Below are positions 8,056 to 19,727 of a stretch of 32,000 nucleotides of DNA, in pieces. The first letter of the stretch is position 1. Each line of letters begins with the position of its first letter. The DNA is from Wallemia ichthyophaga EXF-994 (taxonomy: Eukaryota; Fungi; Basidiomycota): NCBI RefSeq assembly GCF_000400465.1, contig NW_008806275.1:249656-281655 (forward strand), in the 5' to 3' direction. Below the pieces are notes generated by a model, which was not told the DNA's origin, ran no database searches, and worked only from the letters and a program-made list of their open reading frames with translations. The position numbers and the translations under genes were made by a program.

Positions 8056-9936
8056 TCACAACACAACGGGCCGTTCAACCTCTTTAAGCCACTCATCCCA
8101 TGCTCTACCTGGGCCTTCTGTGATGATAGACAATTTTCCATTCAGCCACCTATGTACGCGCTCTTGGTCGTGTTTTTCCGCGTCCTCATCGAGTACACTC
8201 AAGTCGCCGTGCTCGCCATGCAGAGAAAGGATGGACCACCCGACGACAATCATCCCAGGAGGGCGTTGATCGCCAGCGCCTTCATAAGCCTTAACTATCC
8301 CGTCCAGTGTGCTCATCACGACGCGCTGCGACGGTGACGAAGCCTGCTCGATTACAGCTACGGGTACGAAAGGCGGGTAACTGAGCTGAGCGAGGCTTTC
8401 GACCAGCTCCCGCAATCTCGCTACGCCCATGAGGATAGTCAGTGTGCGAGCGCGCGCGTATTCCGGCACACTCAGCACCCGACCTCCTCTTCCGACGCCC
8501 GTGCACAGCAGAAACGAGTCAGAAGCCCCGCGCTGTGTCACCGGTATGCCACCCATAAGCGGCGCCGCCATGGCGGACGAAAGGCCGGGTACTACCACTG
8601 CCTCGTAGCCTTCGCGACGGAAATGAATCACTTCCTCTCCTCCTCGCCCGTAGACGAATGGGTCGCCCTGCTTTACTGCTGAATGTTAGTAGGTGGCTTT
8701 GGATGCAATTGGGATGGTACACTCACACCGCACTACGACTTGGCCAGATCGAGCTCCGTCAACGGCCCACTGCATGAGCTCCGCCTGGGCTCCCTCAGCA
8801 TTACCTGGAAATTTGCGTGCGATGCGCACCTCTGTCGACTGCGGAACTACCTTGAGCACAGCTGCGGGGACAAGCTTGTCGGAGAGAACTAGGTCGGCTG
8901 TCTTGAGTGCGCGGTAGGCAGCTATTGTGAGAAGCTCTGGCGAGCCAAGACCTGCGCCTACGAGTACAATGTGGCCTTTGCGCGGTTTGGGTGATTGAGG
9001 GGGTGCTAGTGATAGCGCGTGTCTATCGTGTGGAGGTGGAAGGGGCCACTGAGGGACAAATTCCGTCTTGGGAGTGCGCGGCTGGTGAGGCTCCCCGTAA
9101 GCGTCAAGTAAACTGTCTATATCAGCCTCATCCATCTTGGCGAGATGTTCAAGTGGCCAGTACTCAGAAATCTGTGCGACCCAGCGCATTCTCCGCAGAG
9201 CTTTATCGGAGGCATGTTCAGTGGTATTATCCCGACTCAACTGAGGCACGGCTGCGTTGAGATTGTCGAAATCAGCCAATTCTTCACTCAGACTGGATTG
9301 CGACGTTGTTCGCTCGAGTTTCATCCGGGAGAGGTATCGCTTGGCACGGGAACGGAGGAGACCAATGTTGTGTACAGCTGAGCCAATATTTTTAGGGAGG
9401 AGAGCAATAGTCTCGCGCTTAATACGAGAAGCGAGTCTGCAGCCCTTGGAGTTTGTTGTAACGGCGAGCTGGAGCGGAGAAGGAGAGCCATCAGGGAGGC
9501 TGAATCTGTGCGAAGTAGGAAAAGAGAAGTCACAGAGAAGAGGATGATCGGTTACGTTGATTGGGATGTTGAGTGAGTGTGATAACTGGACGAGTGAGTG
9601 GATTGAAGGTGAATTGTCGTGGCTATCGTTGATGCCACAGTCCGTTATAGTGGCTATAGTGGTGGATGTGCGTGTACAGCAGCTTCTAAAGGCCGCCTCA
9701 AGCTGAGAATGGCTTGTGGCTGTTAAATACTCAATTTGATCAGCAGAAACACGAAATTTGATCTCATCGCAGGCAGAATCTAATCCACAGCCAATCACAA
9801 CGACGTTACATCCAGCGTCTAATCCAGCGAAAGATCTCGACGCAGCCAATGAGTTGTGACCGATGACAATGAGAGATTTATTGGTAGAATTGAGTGCGAT
9901 TAAGAGAGATCCATGGCCAGCGGGTGATTTGTACAT
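8056..9936 (-). CDS. MET1: Uroporphyrin-III C-methyltransferase / siroheme synthase
   Basis: Motifs LAVTTNSKGCRLASRIKRE, GHIVLVGAGLGSPELLTIAA, ADLVLSDKLV, VVR|LKQGDPFVYGRGGEE (one intron at about 8727-8665) and VVPGLSSAMAAP. Confidence 0.92.
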
Positions 9937-10033
9937 GCCCAAGTACAGCAATTTGATGATGAACGTTGGTGATCAACCGACAGCCACAGCCATTACCTTA
10001 TCTTCGAACCACCAAGGCTCATTCAACAAGGAA

Positions 10034-11122
10034 ATGAGAAAATGTTGTACAAGCAACGTTTGCTGCTGTGGTGGGTGATATACGCGTCTAAAATATACAT
10101 TCCAATGAAGCACAGCAATTCCAATGGTTAACATCGGCGTATACGCAATGCTATTCGAGTTTATAGTGCGGTGATCAGCAGACTTTTCAGAACAAACTGT
10201 AACTCCCCACCAGATCCTTGGTCTTGCCACTGCTATCGTTACTTTCGCTACCCAGCGAGGTCGGTGCACTGCAATAAACTGCGCAATCACTGACGCAATC
10301 CCCAGTGATGGCTGCGACTGCAATCCCTGAATGGCCTTCTTACATTCTCGGTGTTCTATGTCTCCTTGTTGTCGTCATCCAGCCCATCGGCTTCATTGGC
10401 GTGTTCAAGGAGAAGTTCAGGCTTTTCCGCCGCTTCCATTGGTTAAACACTGCTTTAACGTTAGTTGGGGTGTTTGCTTGAGGTGCTCCACTCACTCTAC
10501 ATCTAGCCTCGCTGCATTTGCCTGCGCCCTCGCTATTATCATCGCTATCGCTGCTAAGCAGAGCGACGCCGTAAGCCAGTGTAGGTAGTATGAATCTAAC
10601 TATCTACTATCTAATCCATTTCAGGCCAATCCGATTACTACCCACCCTTCCCCCAGGCTTCCTTCTCCTTATCACAGTATTCAGACGACATTTGCAATAT
10701 TCTTTCATGGGTTGATGTCGGCTTGATGGGTCTTATCTGGCTAATTATGATTCTCGTACAGGTGCGTACAATGTCATTATTACAGATTTATACTCATCCA
10801 CACTCCTCCTCAGGGCTATTTCCTCTTCATCCAACGCCGGTACTCCTCAGCTCAGCGCAGTGACCATAGCAAATACGAATCGCTTTACAACGCCCCGGAC
10901 AACTACATGATGGCCACGCGCGAGAATGCCTGGGACGCGCGCAACTCCAACGACGCATACGCCCTCCAAAGTCTACCCTCGCACAAGCACTCTTACACCC
11001 CCACTTCCACTCACTCTCCACCACCTCAAGAGAGCCACCAAGCATACAACGCATACGACTCATATTCCCCTCATTACGCCGACAAACCAACTCCTCCGCT
11101 GCCATATGGTGCGCGTGAGTAG
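10034..11122 (+). CDS. Uncharacterised four-TM (tetraspan-like) basidiomycete membrane protein
   Basis: Six GT-AG introns give MRKCCTSNVCCCAIPMVNIGVYAMLFEFIILGLATAIV...QPIGFIGVFKEKFRLFRRF...DAVSQCQSDYY...ICNILSWVDVGLMGLIWLIMILVQGYFLFIQRRY..., joining ORF 10907..11122. There are four hydrophobic segments and a Cys-rich N-terminus. Confidence 0.7.
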
Positions 11123-11261
11123 CCCTTATCCTTAACCTAATTTATCACTTGTACTTGTTCAAAATGAAGAATATATTACTAGCTATACAAAATGTTTCGG
11201 AAAGTGTCTCAAAATTACGTAGAATTTTCGTCAATCTGCATCGGGAACTGTAAAATACGCT

Positions 11262-13790
11262 CTACGTCAGGCTATCACCACGAGGCGGTGGCTGAGGCAT
11301 GGAGTCCATACGCTTGTTTATATTTAGTGGCGCTGTACTGTCGCTTGATGGGCTGTCGCTGACTCTGTCTCGATTGCCTCTCTTGAAAGCGCCCGCGGTG
11401 AGTGTGCGAGGGCTGGTTCCACCATGGTGCATTGGAGGGGAGAAAGTGACGTGGGGCGAGTTGTTCTGTGAATGTGTGTATGTGTACGTGTGTGCATTTG
11501 CATTCGCATACGGCGAATCATACATCTGCATTGGTGCATTCGCAACTCCTCCTGGTGGTGTATCATACGGGTTGATCAGTGGGGAAGTGATTTCCGACGG
11601 TGCAAATGTGCGGTATGAGTGGGAATTCTCCATACCACCATCTTCCTTAGGTGGGGCTGGCGGGGCTGGCAGGGCTGCTCTCTCTACCTCTGCGTCTCTC
11701 TCCACCTCCCTCTTTATCCCACTCCCGTCAACTCTCTCATCTAAGGTATATGGCGCCTCGTTGAGCTGATATCTCGGTATGTCGTCCGCCAAGTGTGTTT
11801 GCGCGTGTGAGGATGCGTCTGAGAGAGCAAAAGCAGGAGCAGGAGCAGGAGCACTGTCTTCATACTGGTCGTTGTATTGGTTGTTGTAGTTCGAGTCACC
11901 TCTGTGAGTGTGCCCCTCGTTATAGTTGTAACCGTAGTTATAAGCAGGAGGCAGCGGTGACGCCTCGCGCGACTCCCCTTCCTCCTCCTCTTCCAGCCCG
12001 ATTCCATGTATGGCTCCTTCTCGCCTGTCTACTTGGGGGCTGTCTGGCTGGGCGAAGTGCACCTGTGGAGTGTGTGCGGTGTGTGGTTGTGATACCTCGT
12101 ATGAGTGCGGGTGTAAGTGTGGATGTGTGTGTGGGTGTGTGTGTGAGTATCCCGGTGCATCAACACCACTCTCCCTCTCCCCTTCACCACCTACATCCAC
12201 ACTCGACAGATTAGGCGGCGTTACATTCTCGGCTTCGGGAGCATTGGGCTGCACATACTCACTCTCACGCTCACTTTCCCCACCTACGAGTATGACGCTC
12301 GGTTTAGTGTTGAGTATAGGTGCGGGAGTGACGCTGCTCGCGCCGACGCCCCCGCCTACACTTTCGCCTGTGCCTCCCCACACAGGTGCATCATTGTATC
12401 CTCCGGCGTGGTTACGCGCAAAGAAAGCGCTGCTGTCGTAGTCATACTGTGCGTTCTCGCCGCGCGCGCGTCTAAGAGAGTTAGCTGAGGGGACTGGGGA
12501 ACTGTGTGTGTGGTGGTGGTAGAGGGGTGTGTCGTCTTTTTCGGAGCTAAAGCTGCCACGCGGCTTTTGATCCATGTGCAACAGCGGTGGTGGCTGTGGG
12601 GGTGACTGAGACTTGGCTTCATCATACGCATTACTGTATGCGTTGGGGTTGTTGCTGGTGCGGAAATCGCCATTGCTGTCAACAGAGTTGAGTGATGCCG
12701 ATGCTGTGTGGTAACCCATCCACGGCTTGGTTTCTGGTGCAACTTGCGGCAAGTCGTCAACAGCCGCGGCAGCTTCTACATCCGCTTTCAAAGCGGAATC
12801 TACTGTGTCTGCGAGGTTTACATCGCGGCTGTCGATGCGTGGTGCAAAGTCGTTGGCTGAGACATCCAGCTCAGGTGGTCGAGATGTAAGAGGAAGTGGT
12901 CCAAAGGAAACTTGAGCAAGAGCCTTCTCTGCCTCTTCTATTATATGAGCCGTTTGCTCACTCCCGCTATAAACAGGATGTGGCTGTCCCGGGGAGGACG
13001 ATTCGAGCTGTATCTCCTACAGAGGTCTGTTAGCCGCACAAACACACCCACTAAACAATGTCCACTCACCTCTAAAAGCAACTTTCCCATTTCACCAACG
13101 ATCGACACTTTCTCAGCATATTCGACGAGGCTGCAGAATTTGTATCCTAGTGCCGTCTTTGTTGTTGCGCGTTTGTAGTCCCAAAGCACCGCCTCGGAGT
13201 TAAGCACTTCTACGTCAAGCTCCGACGCCTGCTGACGGAAACTCTCGAGAAGCTGCGTCTGCTGCGGGAGGTTCTTATTCTCAGTGTTCATCTTTGCGAG
13301 TTTCTTCTCGGCCGACTCGATTTTGCCAGCGAGAGCCTTCCTGCGCTTCTTGACGTCGTCGAGCTCCTCCTCGCGCGTGCGGATGCGCTTGAACTGCTCG
13401 CGTATCTTTGACTGGTAGGACGCGGCAGTGGAGGTGGCAGCAGCCAAGTGGTGAATGAGGGTGGAAGCAGCCCCGCAGACATCCTGAGAGGGATAATTAG
13501 GCGTTGGTCACGGGAAAAGAGGGAAATCACCTTGAGATCATCACCCTCTCCCCATCCCCAGCTCTTGAGATTCTCAGCCACCTTCTCAACTTCCCTGGAT
13601 GCGTGCATTGTACTGAGGCTGTTAGCTGCGGTTATCGCCCACTGAGATTGCCCGCGTACCTCGCCATGGAAACTTTCTCGGATGTGATGACGTCCTGGAG
13701 CACCTTGATATCTTTGTTGCCAAGCGCAGACAGGAACTGGTTGTGCGCCATCTGCGTCTTAAGGCTGCCGAGTTTACCTGACATGGACAT
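11262..13790 (-). CDS. Eisosome Pil1/Lsp1-family BAR-domain protein with long disordered C-terminal tail
   Basis: Exons encode LGNKDIKVLQDVITSEK, LKSWGWGEGDDLK, IREQFKRIRTREEEL and EAVLWDYKRATTKTALGYKFCSLVEYAEK (Pil1-like). ORF 11262..12791 supplies a P/S/H/Y-rich tail. Confidence 0.75.
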
Positions 13791-13968
13791 CTTTCGTCCG
13801 TGGTGGTGATTGTAGTTGTGAAAGCGGTGCTGGCGCAGAACCAAGTCAAATCACAACAAAAATATAAAGATATACACAGATTTGAATACTTATTGTACAT
13901 GTTGTAATGTGTTCTACGCGTCTTATCAATTACCCGCTGCAAACAAACCATTACGCGAATCACTTTAA

Positions 13969-15118
13969 TCTACGTCTGGATCACTACCACTGCCACTGCC
14001 ACTGCCACCACTACCCAATCCCCGCTCACTTTCCCTTCTCCTCGGAAACTCCCGTCTCTTATCGCGCTTGGTCATCTCCTTGTCCTGCAATCACATGACG
14101 AATAAACATTCCAGTGAATATTTGAATGAATCAACCCACTTTCTTAACCAGTTGGCGCTCTTTTGCAGACAGCTCCAATTCAAGCTGGCGTATTCTCTTC
14201 AACAACGCGTGCGTGGCGGTGTTACCGTTGCTGTTGCTGTTGCTGGCTGGATTCGTGAGCCAAAGAGATGAAAATTGGTCAAAACACACCTGCAACACTC
14301 CTATCCATCCTGCTCAACTCCAAACTAGCCATATCACGCCTGTGTGCCTGTGAGTGTGTAAGTGGGCGTGTGGTGAGTGAAAACTTTCCCACTTTATACT
14401 CTGAACCGAATTTGATGATACTGCCTTTTATAGCGTCATGCATTCTATCCCGCCTTTCAAAATCAGCCACTTTGTTTTTCAGAACTGCATTCTCATCCAT
14501 TAGCTGCTTAATGACGTTACTGGCGTTGTCTAGAGTATCACGTGTACCACGTGTCTCAGATGAGAATTGTGGAGATTGAGGCGATTGAGCGAATGGCGTG
14601 AAATTTAGAGAATAAGATTTGAAATTACTCAGCAAGTTTGTTGCTGTTTGTATAAACGAGGGCTTGTCAGTGTCATCGAGCAATTCATATGAACCCGCCA
14701 AGTCGTTGGTAGTGCTGTACTCCCCGTCCAAAGGAGCAGACGCAAATGCTACTGGATTGCTCATATCACGTATTAGACCCTCAATGTTATCAAAGTATTT
14801 GTTAAATCGATCATCGTAGACGCTGCTTATTTCCTGTTGTGATGGCTCTGGTAATGGCTCTTGTTCTGGCTCTGGCAGTGGCTGCCGCTGCTGCCTAATC
14901 TCCAACGATTCCGCCTGCAACTTATGCTGCACAGACAAACTCCTCAACTGCTTTGATAGCTTGTTATCGCTCGATTGATTCGCAGCCAATTCAAATCCCC
15001 GTTTTGCCTTGTTGTGTGAAATAATTGCCATTTCATAATTATTCGACTTCAGATAATTGATTGCCAGCTCAGATTCTATTTGCGCATTCACTACGGGTGA
15101 AATACTCGAGTTTTCCAT
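13969..15118 (-). CDS. MIT-like N-terminal domain plus coiled-coil protein (possibly Atg38/NRBF2-like); 3' end uncertain
   Basis: ORF 14279..15118 has an N-terminal helical bundle (AIISHNKAKRGFELAAN...LRSLSVQH), NPVAFASAPL and a coiled coil (LMDENAVLKNKV). Further exons are spliced downstream (LLKRIRQLELEL). The last exon is not resolved. Confidence 0.55.
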
Positions 15119-15152
15119 CGTTCAAGTCGACGGCCATCTCCTAAAGCACAGA

Positions 15153-17256
15153 ATGGGCAGGAAATCAAGTAATAAAATAACCAAATGTAATCTCAGCCTT
15201 TTCTAACACGCTACACAGAGCAGAAGCAACAGGATCCAGTCCCTCACCAGCCTAGACAAGCTCACGGCACACGAGTCACAAAGAGGAAGGCAAAAGACGC
15301 TGCACTTGACACCTCAAATAAGAAATCAAAGCAGGTGAACCAGGCCAAGCAGCCAAGAAAACCAAAGCAACCTTCTTCTTCTCCTTCGATCCACTCTGAG
15401 GATGAGCAAGATGAGCAAGATGCCTCTGATGATGCCTCCGAAGCCTCCGAATCAGCCTCCGATAACCTCCAGGACTTACAAGGCTCTGATGATGACGACG
15501 AATTTGATCTCGACGCCAGTGACGCTGATGCTCCTCAAAATCCTCCCCAGCAACTCGTCTTCTCTGATCAAGATGATAGCGAGGATGGCTCACAAGACTC
15601 AGACGCAGATTCAGACTCAGACGAGCAATCTGATGTTCAAGGCGCTGAGCCTAGAAGAGAGAAACTCTCCGCCAAAAAATCCAAAAAATTGGATCAAGAA
15701 GCCCTCCTTGAAGCTGCAGACGCAGAAGCAGAAATGATTAGAACTAACATTGCTGGTCTCGAGCCTAACGAGATGGGTGAGGTCGATGATGATATGGTTC
15801 TCCCCACTCAAGAGGATAAGGAGAGAGAGGCTACTGAGGGTGCTGACGCCCAAACCGTTTACGGTCGTATAGGCGATATTGTCCGCATTCTAGGCGACTT
15901 TCATCGCTTTAAGGCTGCTAACAGGAGCAGAGCTGATTACACTGATCAGCTTGTTGCTGATATTGCTAGTTACTATGGCTACACTCCGTTCCTCGCTGAG
16001 AAACTTTTCTCCATGTTCAGTCCTGATGAAGTGAGTAGAGAGTTGTGCATTCGTATCACCTCTCACTCCCTTCTCTCCAGTCTATTGCCTTTTTTGACGC
16101 TAACGAAACTCCACGTCCTGTTACCATTAGAGCTAACACCCTTAAAACCCGCAGGAGGGATCTCGCCCAAGCACTCATTAACAGAGGTGTCTCTCTAGAG
16201 CCAATCGGTAAATGGACCAAAGTTGGTCTACAGATATTCGACTCTAGTGTTCCTGTCGGTGCAACGCCAGAGTATTTGGCTGGTCACTACATGCTCCAAT
16301 CTCCATCATCATTCCTTCCCGTTATGGCACTCGATCCGAAAACAAATGAGCGTGTACTTGACATGGCTAGTGCTCCAGGTGGTAAAACAAGCTACATGTC
16401 CGCTTTGATGCAGAACACGGGTGTCGTTTTCGCCAATGATGCCAACGCTTCAAGGACCAAGAGTCTTAGTGCGAATGTGCACAGGCTTGGCTGCAAGAAT
16501 GTAGTCGTCTGCAGCTACGATGGTAGACAATTCCCCAAGGTTATTGGAGGGTTTGATAGGGTGTGAGTTGGATGGTTGTGTGTTGACGTATTATTCTGAC
16601 GCTTTTCTAGATTGTTAGATGCACCATGCAGTGGTACGGGTGTCGTATCTAAAGACCAGTCGGTAAAGGTGAACAAGGTGAGTGAATGTCTTGAAGATAG
16701 AAGCAAGCTAAAAAGACCCCAGACTGAACGCGACTTTGCACTACTCTCGCATCTTCAGAAACAACTTATTCTCTGTGCGATAGACTCTATTAACACAAAA
16801 TCATCAACTGGCGGATACGTAGTGTATTCGACGTGTTCAGTGACGGTAGAGGAGGATGAGGGAGTGGTAGATTACGCGCTGAAAAAGAGACCAAATGTGA
16901 AACTTGTTCATACTGGGCTCGAATTCGGTGTAGAGGGATTCACAAACATTGGCGGAAAGAAGTTCCATAAGGATATGCACCTCACTAGGCGCTTCTATCC
17001 ACACGTGCACAACATGGAAGGATTCTTTGTGTCCAAGCTGCACGTACTGCCGAGAGCCGTAGTGAAGAACAAGCTGGCGCAGCAGGAGAAGAATGACGCT
17101 GACGATACTGGAGTTCTCGTTGATGACGATGAGGATGAAAAGGAAGCGGGAGATGTCACCTTCAATGATGATGAGGATAAGCAGTTGATGCAGAAAAATC
17201 AACGCCGCCAACAGAAAGCGAAGGGTATTAAGCCATCTAAGCCAACAACCAAGTAA
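15153..17256 (+). CDS. NOP2: 25S rRNA (cytosine-C5) methyltransferase Nop2
   Basis: Starts MGRKS|KQKQQDP, followed by an acidic N-terminal region, YYGYTPFLAEKL, PVTIRANTLKTRRRDLAQAL, ERVLDMASAPGGKT, FDRV|LLDAPCSGTG and VYSTCSV. About four introns. Confidence 0.96.
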
Positions 17257-17466
17257 TTTATTAAGTCTCTTTGTTATCCGATATACATATTTAGACATGG
17301 AATAGACCTGGGAGGATGAATGGGCGGTTGAAATAGAAATAAAATAATGTTGAGACAGCTGTAGATATTTTAAACAACCTTACGCAGCTCACTGTGCCAC
17401 TCAAGAAATTTAGTGATATCCAACATATGATTCGCCGCCTCGCCTCATCTCTTCTCATCCATCATC

Positions 17467-19586
17467 ATGCTTAGATTGAGAAATATCCGCGGCTGTGGGT
17501 TTTAAAGGGAAACACAGATATAAACCTCTTACATAACTCAGCGCCGCTTTCTAGACGTGCTTTCTCGACTTCGGCCGTTGTTTCGAGAGTTGTGGCCACC
17601 GACCCAGTCAAGGCGAAGCACGCAGAGAACAATGTGAGTGCTGTGGCCGGAATTGCTGTAAAATAGCTCACGCTGCCATTCGAGGGATTTGCTGCTTCCA
17701 ACTACCCAGTAATCGATCATGAATACGATGCAGTCGTCGTCGGTGCCGGCGGTTCTGGTCTTCGTGCCGCTTTCGGTTTGGCAGAGGCTGGCCACAAGAC
17801 AGCTTGTATCACTAAGCTGTTCCCAACGCGCTCGCATACTGTCGCTGCTCAGGTAACGTTACTTGATGCACGCCACACCCATCTCACTTAAAGACAGGGC
17901 GGTATCAACGCTGCACTTGGCAATATGACAAAGGACGACTGGAGATGGCACATGTACGATACTGTGAGTGGTATTAACGCGTTTTAGCCCGTTTTCCCCA
18001 CTCACATCCGATAGGTCAAAGGCTCTGATTGGCTCGGTGACCAAGACGCAATCCATTACATGTGTCGTGAAGCGCCACGCACCGTCGTCGAGCTGGAGCA
18101 CTACGGTGTTCCTTTCTCTCGTACCGCCGATGGAAAAATCTACCAGCGTGCATTTGGTGGTCAATCACTTGAGTACGGTAAGGGTGGCCAGGCGTACAGG
18201 TGTGCAGCTGCTGCAGACCGTACTGGGCACGCTCTCTTGCACACGCTCTACGGTCAATCACTTCGCCACGACACAAACTTCTTCATCGAATATTTTGCAC
18301 TCGACTTGATCATGGAAGATGGCGAGTGTGTCGGTGTAATGGCGCTCAATATGGAGGATGGCACTCTGCATCGTTTCAGATCACACAACACGGTTCTCGC
18401 TACCGGTGGTTACGGTCGCTCATACTTCTCGTGCACCTCTGCACACACCTGCACAGGTGATGGTAATGCGATGGTTTCTAGAGCTGGCTTGCCGCTCCAG
18501 GATCTTGAGTTTGTGCAGTTCCACCCTACTGGTATTTATGGTGCGGGCTGTCTCATCACGGAGGGATCACGTGGTGAGGGTGGTTACCTTCTCAACTCTG
18601 AGGGTGAAAGATTCATGGAACGTTACGCACCAACTGCAAAAGATTTGGCTTCACGTGATGTCGTCTCTCGTTCGATGACGATAGAAATACGTGAAGGAAG
18701 AGGTGTGGGTCCGGAGAAGGACCACTGTTACCTCCAACTGTCTCACTTGCCACCTGATGTGTTGCACGAGCGACTTCCAGGTATTTCAGAGACAGCAGCC
18801 ATCTTCTCTGGTGTAGATGTCACCAAAGAGCCAATCCCAGTATTGCCAACGGTGCACTACAACATGGGTGGTATACCAACGAAATGGACAGGAGAGGTTT
18901 TGTCAATCGATGAGCAAGGCAAGGACAAGGTGGTACCTGGATTGTATGCGGCAGGAGAAGCAGCTTGTGTATCTGTCCACGGAGCCAACAGATTGGGAGC
19001 CAACTCACTCCTTGATATCGTTGTGTTCGGTAGGGCGTGCGCTAACCACATTCGTGACAACAACGAAGCTGGAAAGCCACACAAGAAGATTAGCGAAAAT
19101 GCCGGGATGGGTAGTATAGAGAATCTTGACAAGGTGCGCAACTCTACTGGTCCAAAATCTACAGCGGATATACGTCTTGATATGCAGAAGGTTATGCAAT
19201 CAGACGCAGCTGTATTCAGAACCGATCAGAGTTTGCAAGAGGGAGTGGAGAAGATGAAGAAGGTTTACGACTCGTATGCTCAAATTGGATTGAGCGATAG
19301 AAGCATGATATGGAACACAGACTTGGTGGAGAGCCTCGAATTGACAAATTTGCTCCAGTGCGCTATGCAGACTATCGTGGCTGCTGCTAATCGTAAAGAG
19401 AGCCGTGGTGCTCATGCAAGAGAGGACTTTAGCGAGCGCGATGATGAAAAGTGGATGAAACACACACTCACATTCCAGCCAGACGTAGAGAGCAATAACG
19501 TTGATCTTACGTACAGGGCTGTTGAGGGCGAGACGCTGGATGAAAGTGAGTGCAAGTCGGTACCGCCATTCCAGCGTTCATACTAG
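17467..19586 (+). CDS. SDH1: Succinate dehydrogenase flavoprotein subunit, mitochondrial
   Basis: Presequence MLRLRNIRG..., [19 protein letters not shown], the FAD-attachment motif [10 protein letters not shown]|[26 protein letters not shown] and [13 protein letters not shown]. Four 5' introns. Confidence 0.98.
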
Positions 19587-19727
19587 ATGGGCTGAATTTG
19601 TAGCTGAATTTCATTGATAATATTGATAAGTATAAATAAATACATAATTTCTCCCGGGAAATCCCGGCTAACTTATGGTATTTCCACGCCGGCAATTCGG
19701 TTGAAAGCGTCTTATCGCACAACAACC

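Noticed and set aside
9973-10323. Minus-strand 116-aa ORF as a gene
   Set aside because: It overlaps the better-supported spliced plus-strand four-TM gene and has no recognisable motif.
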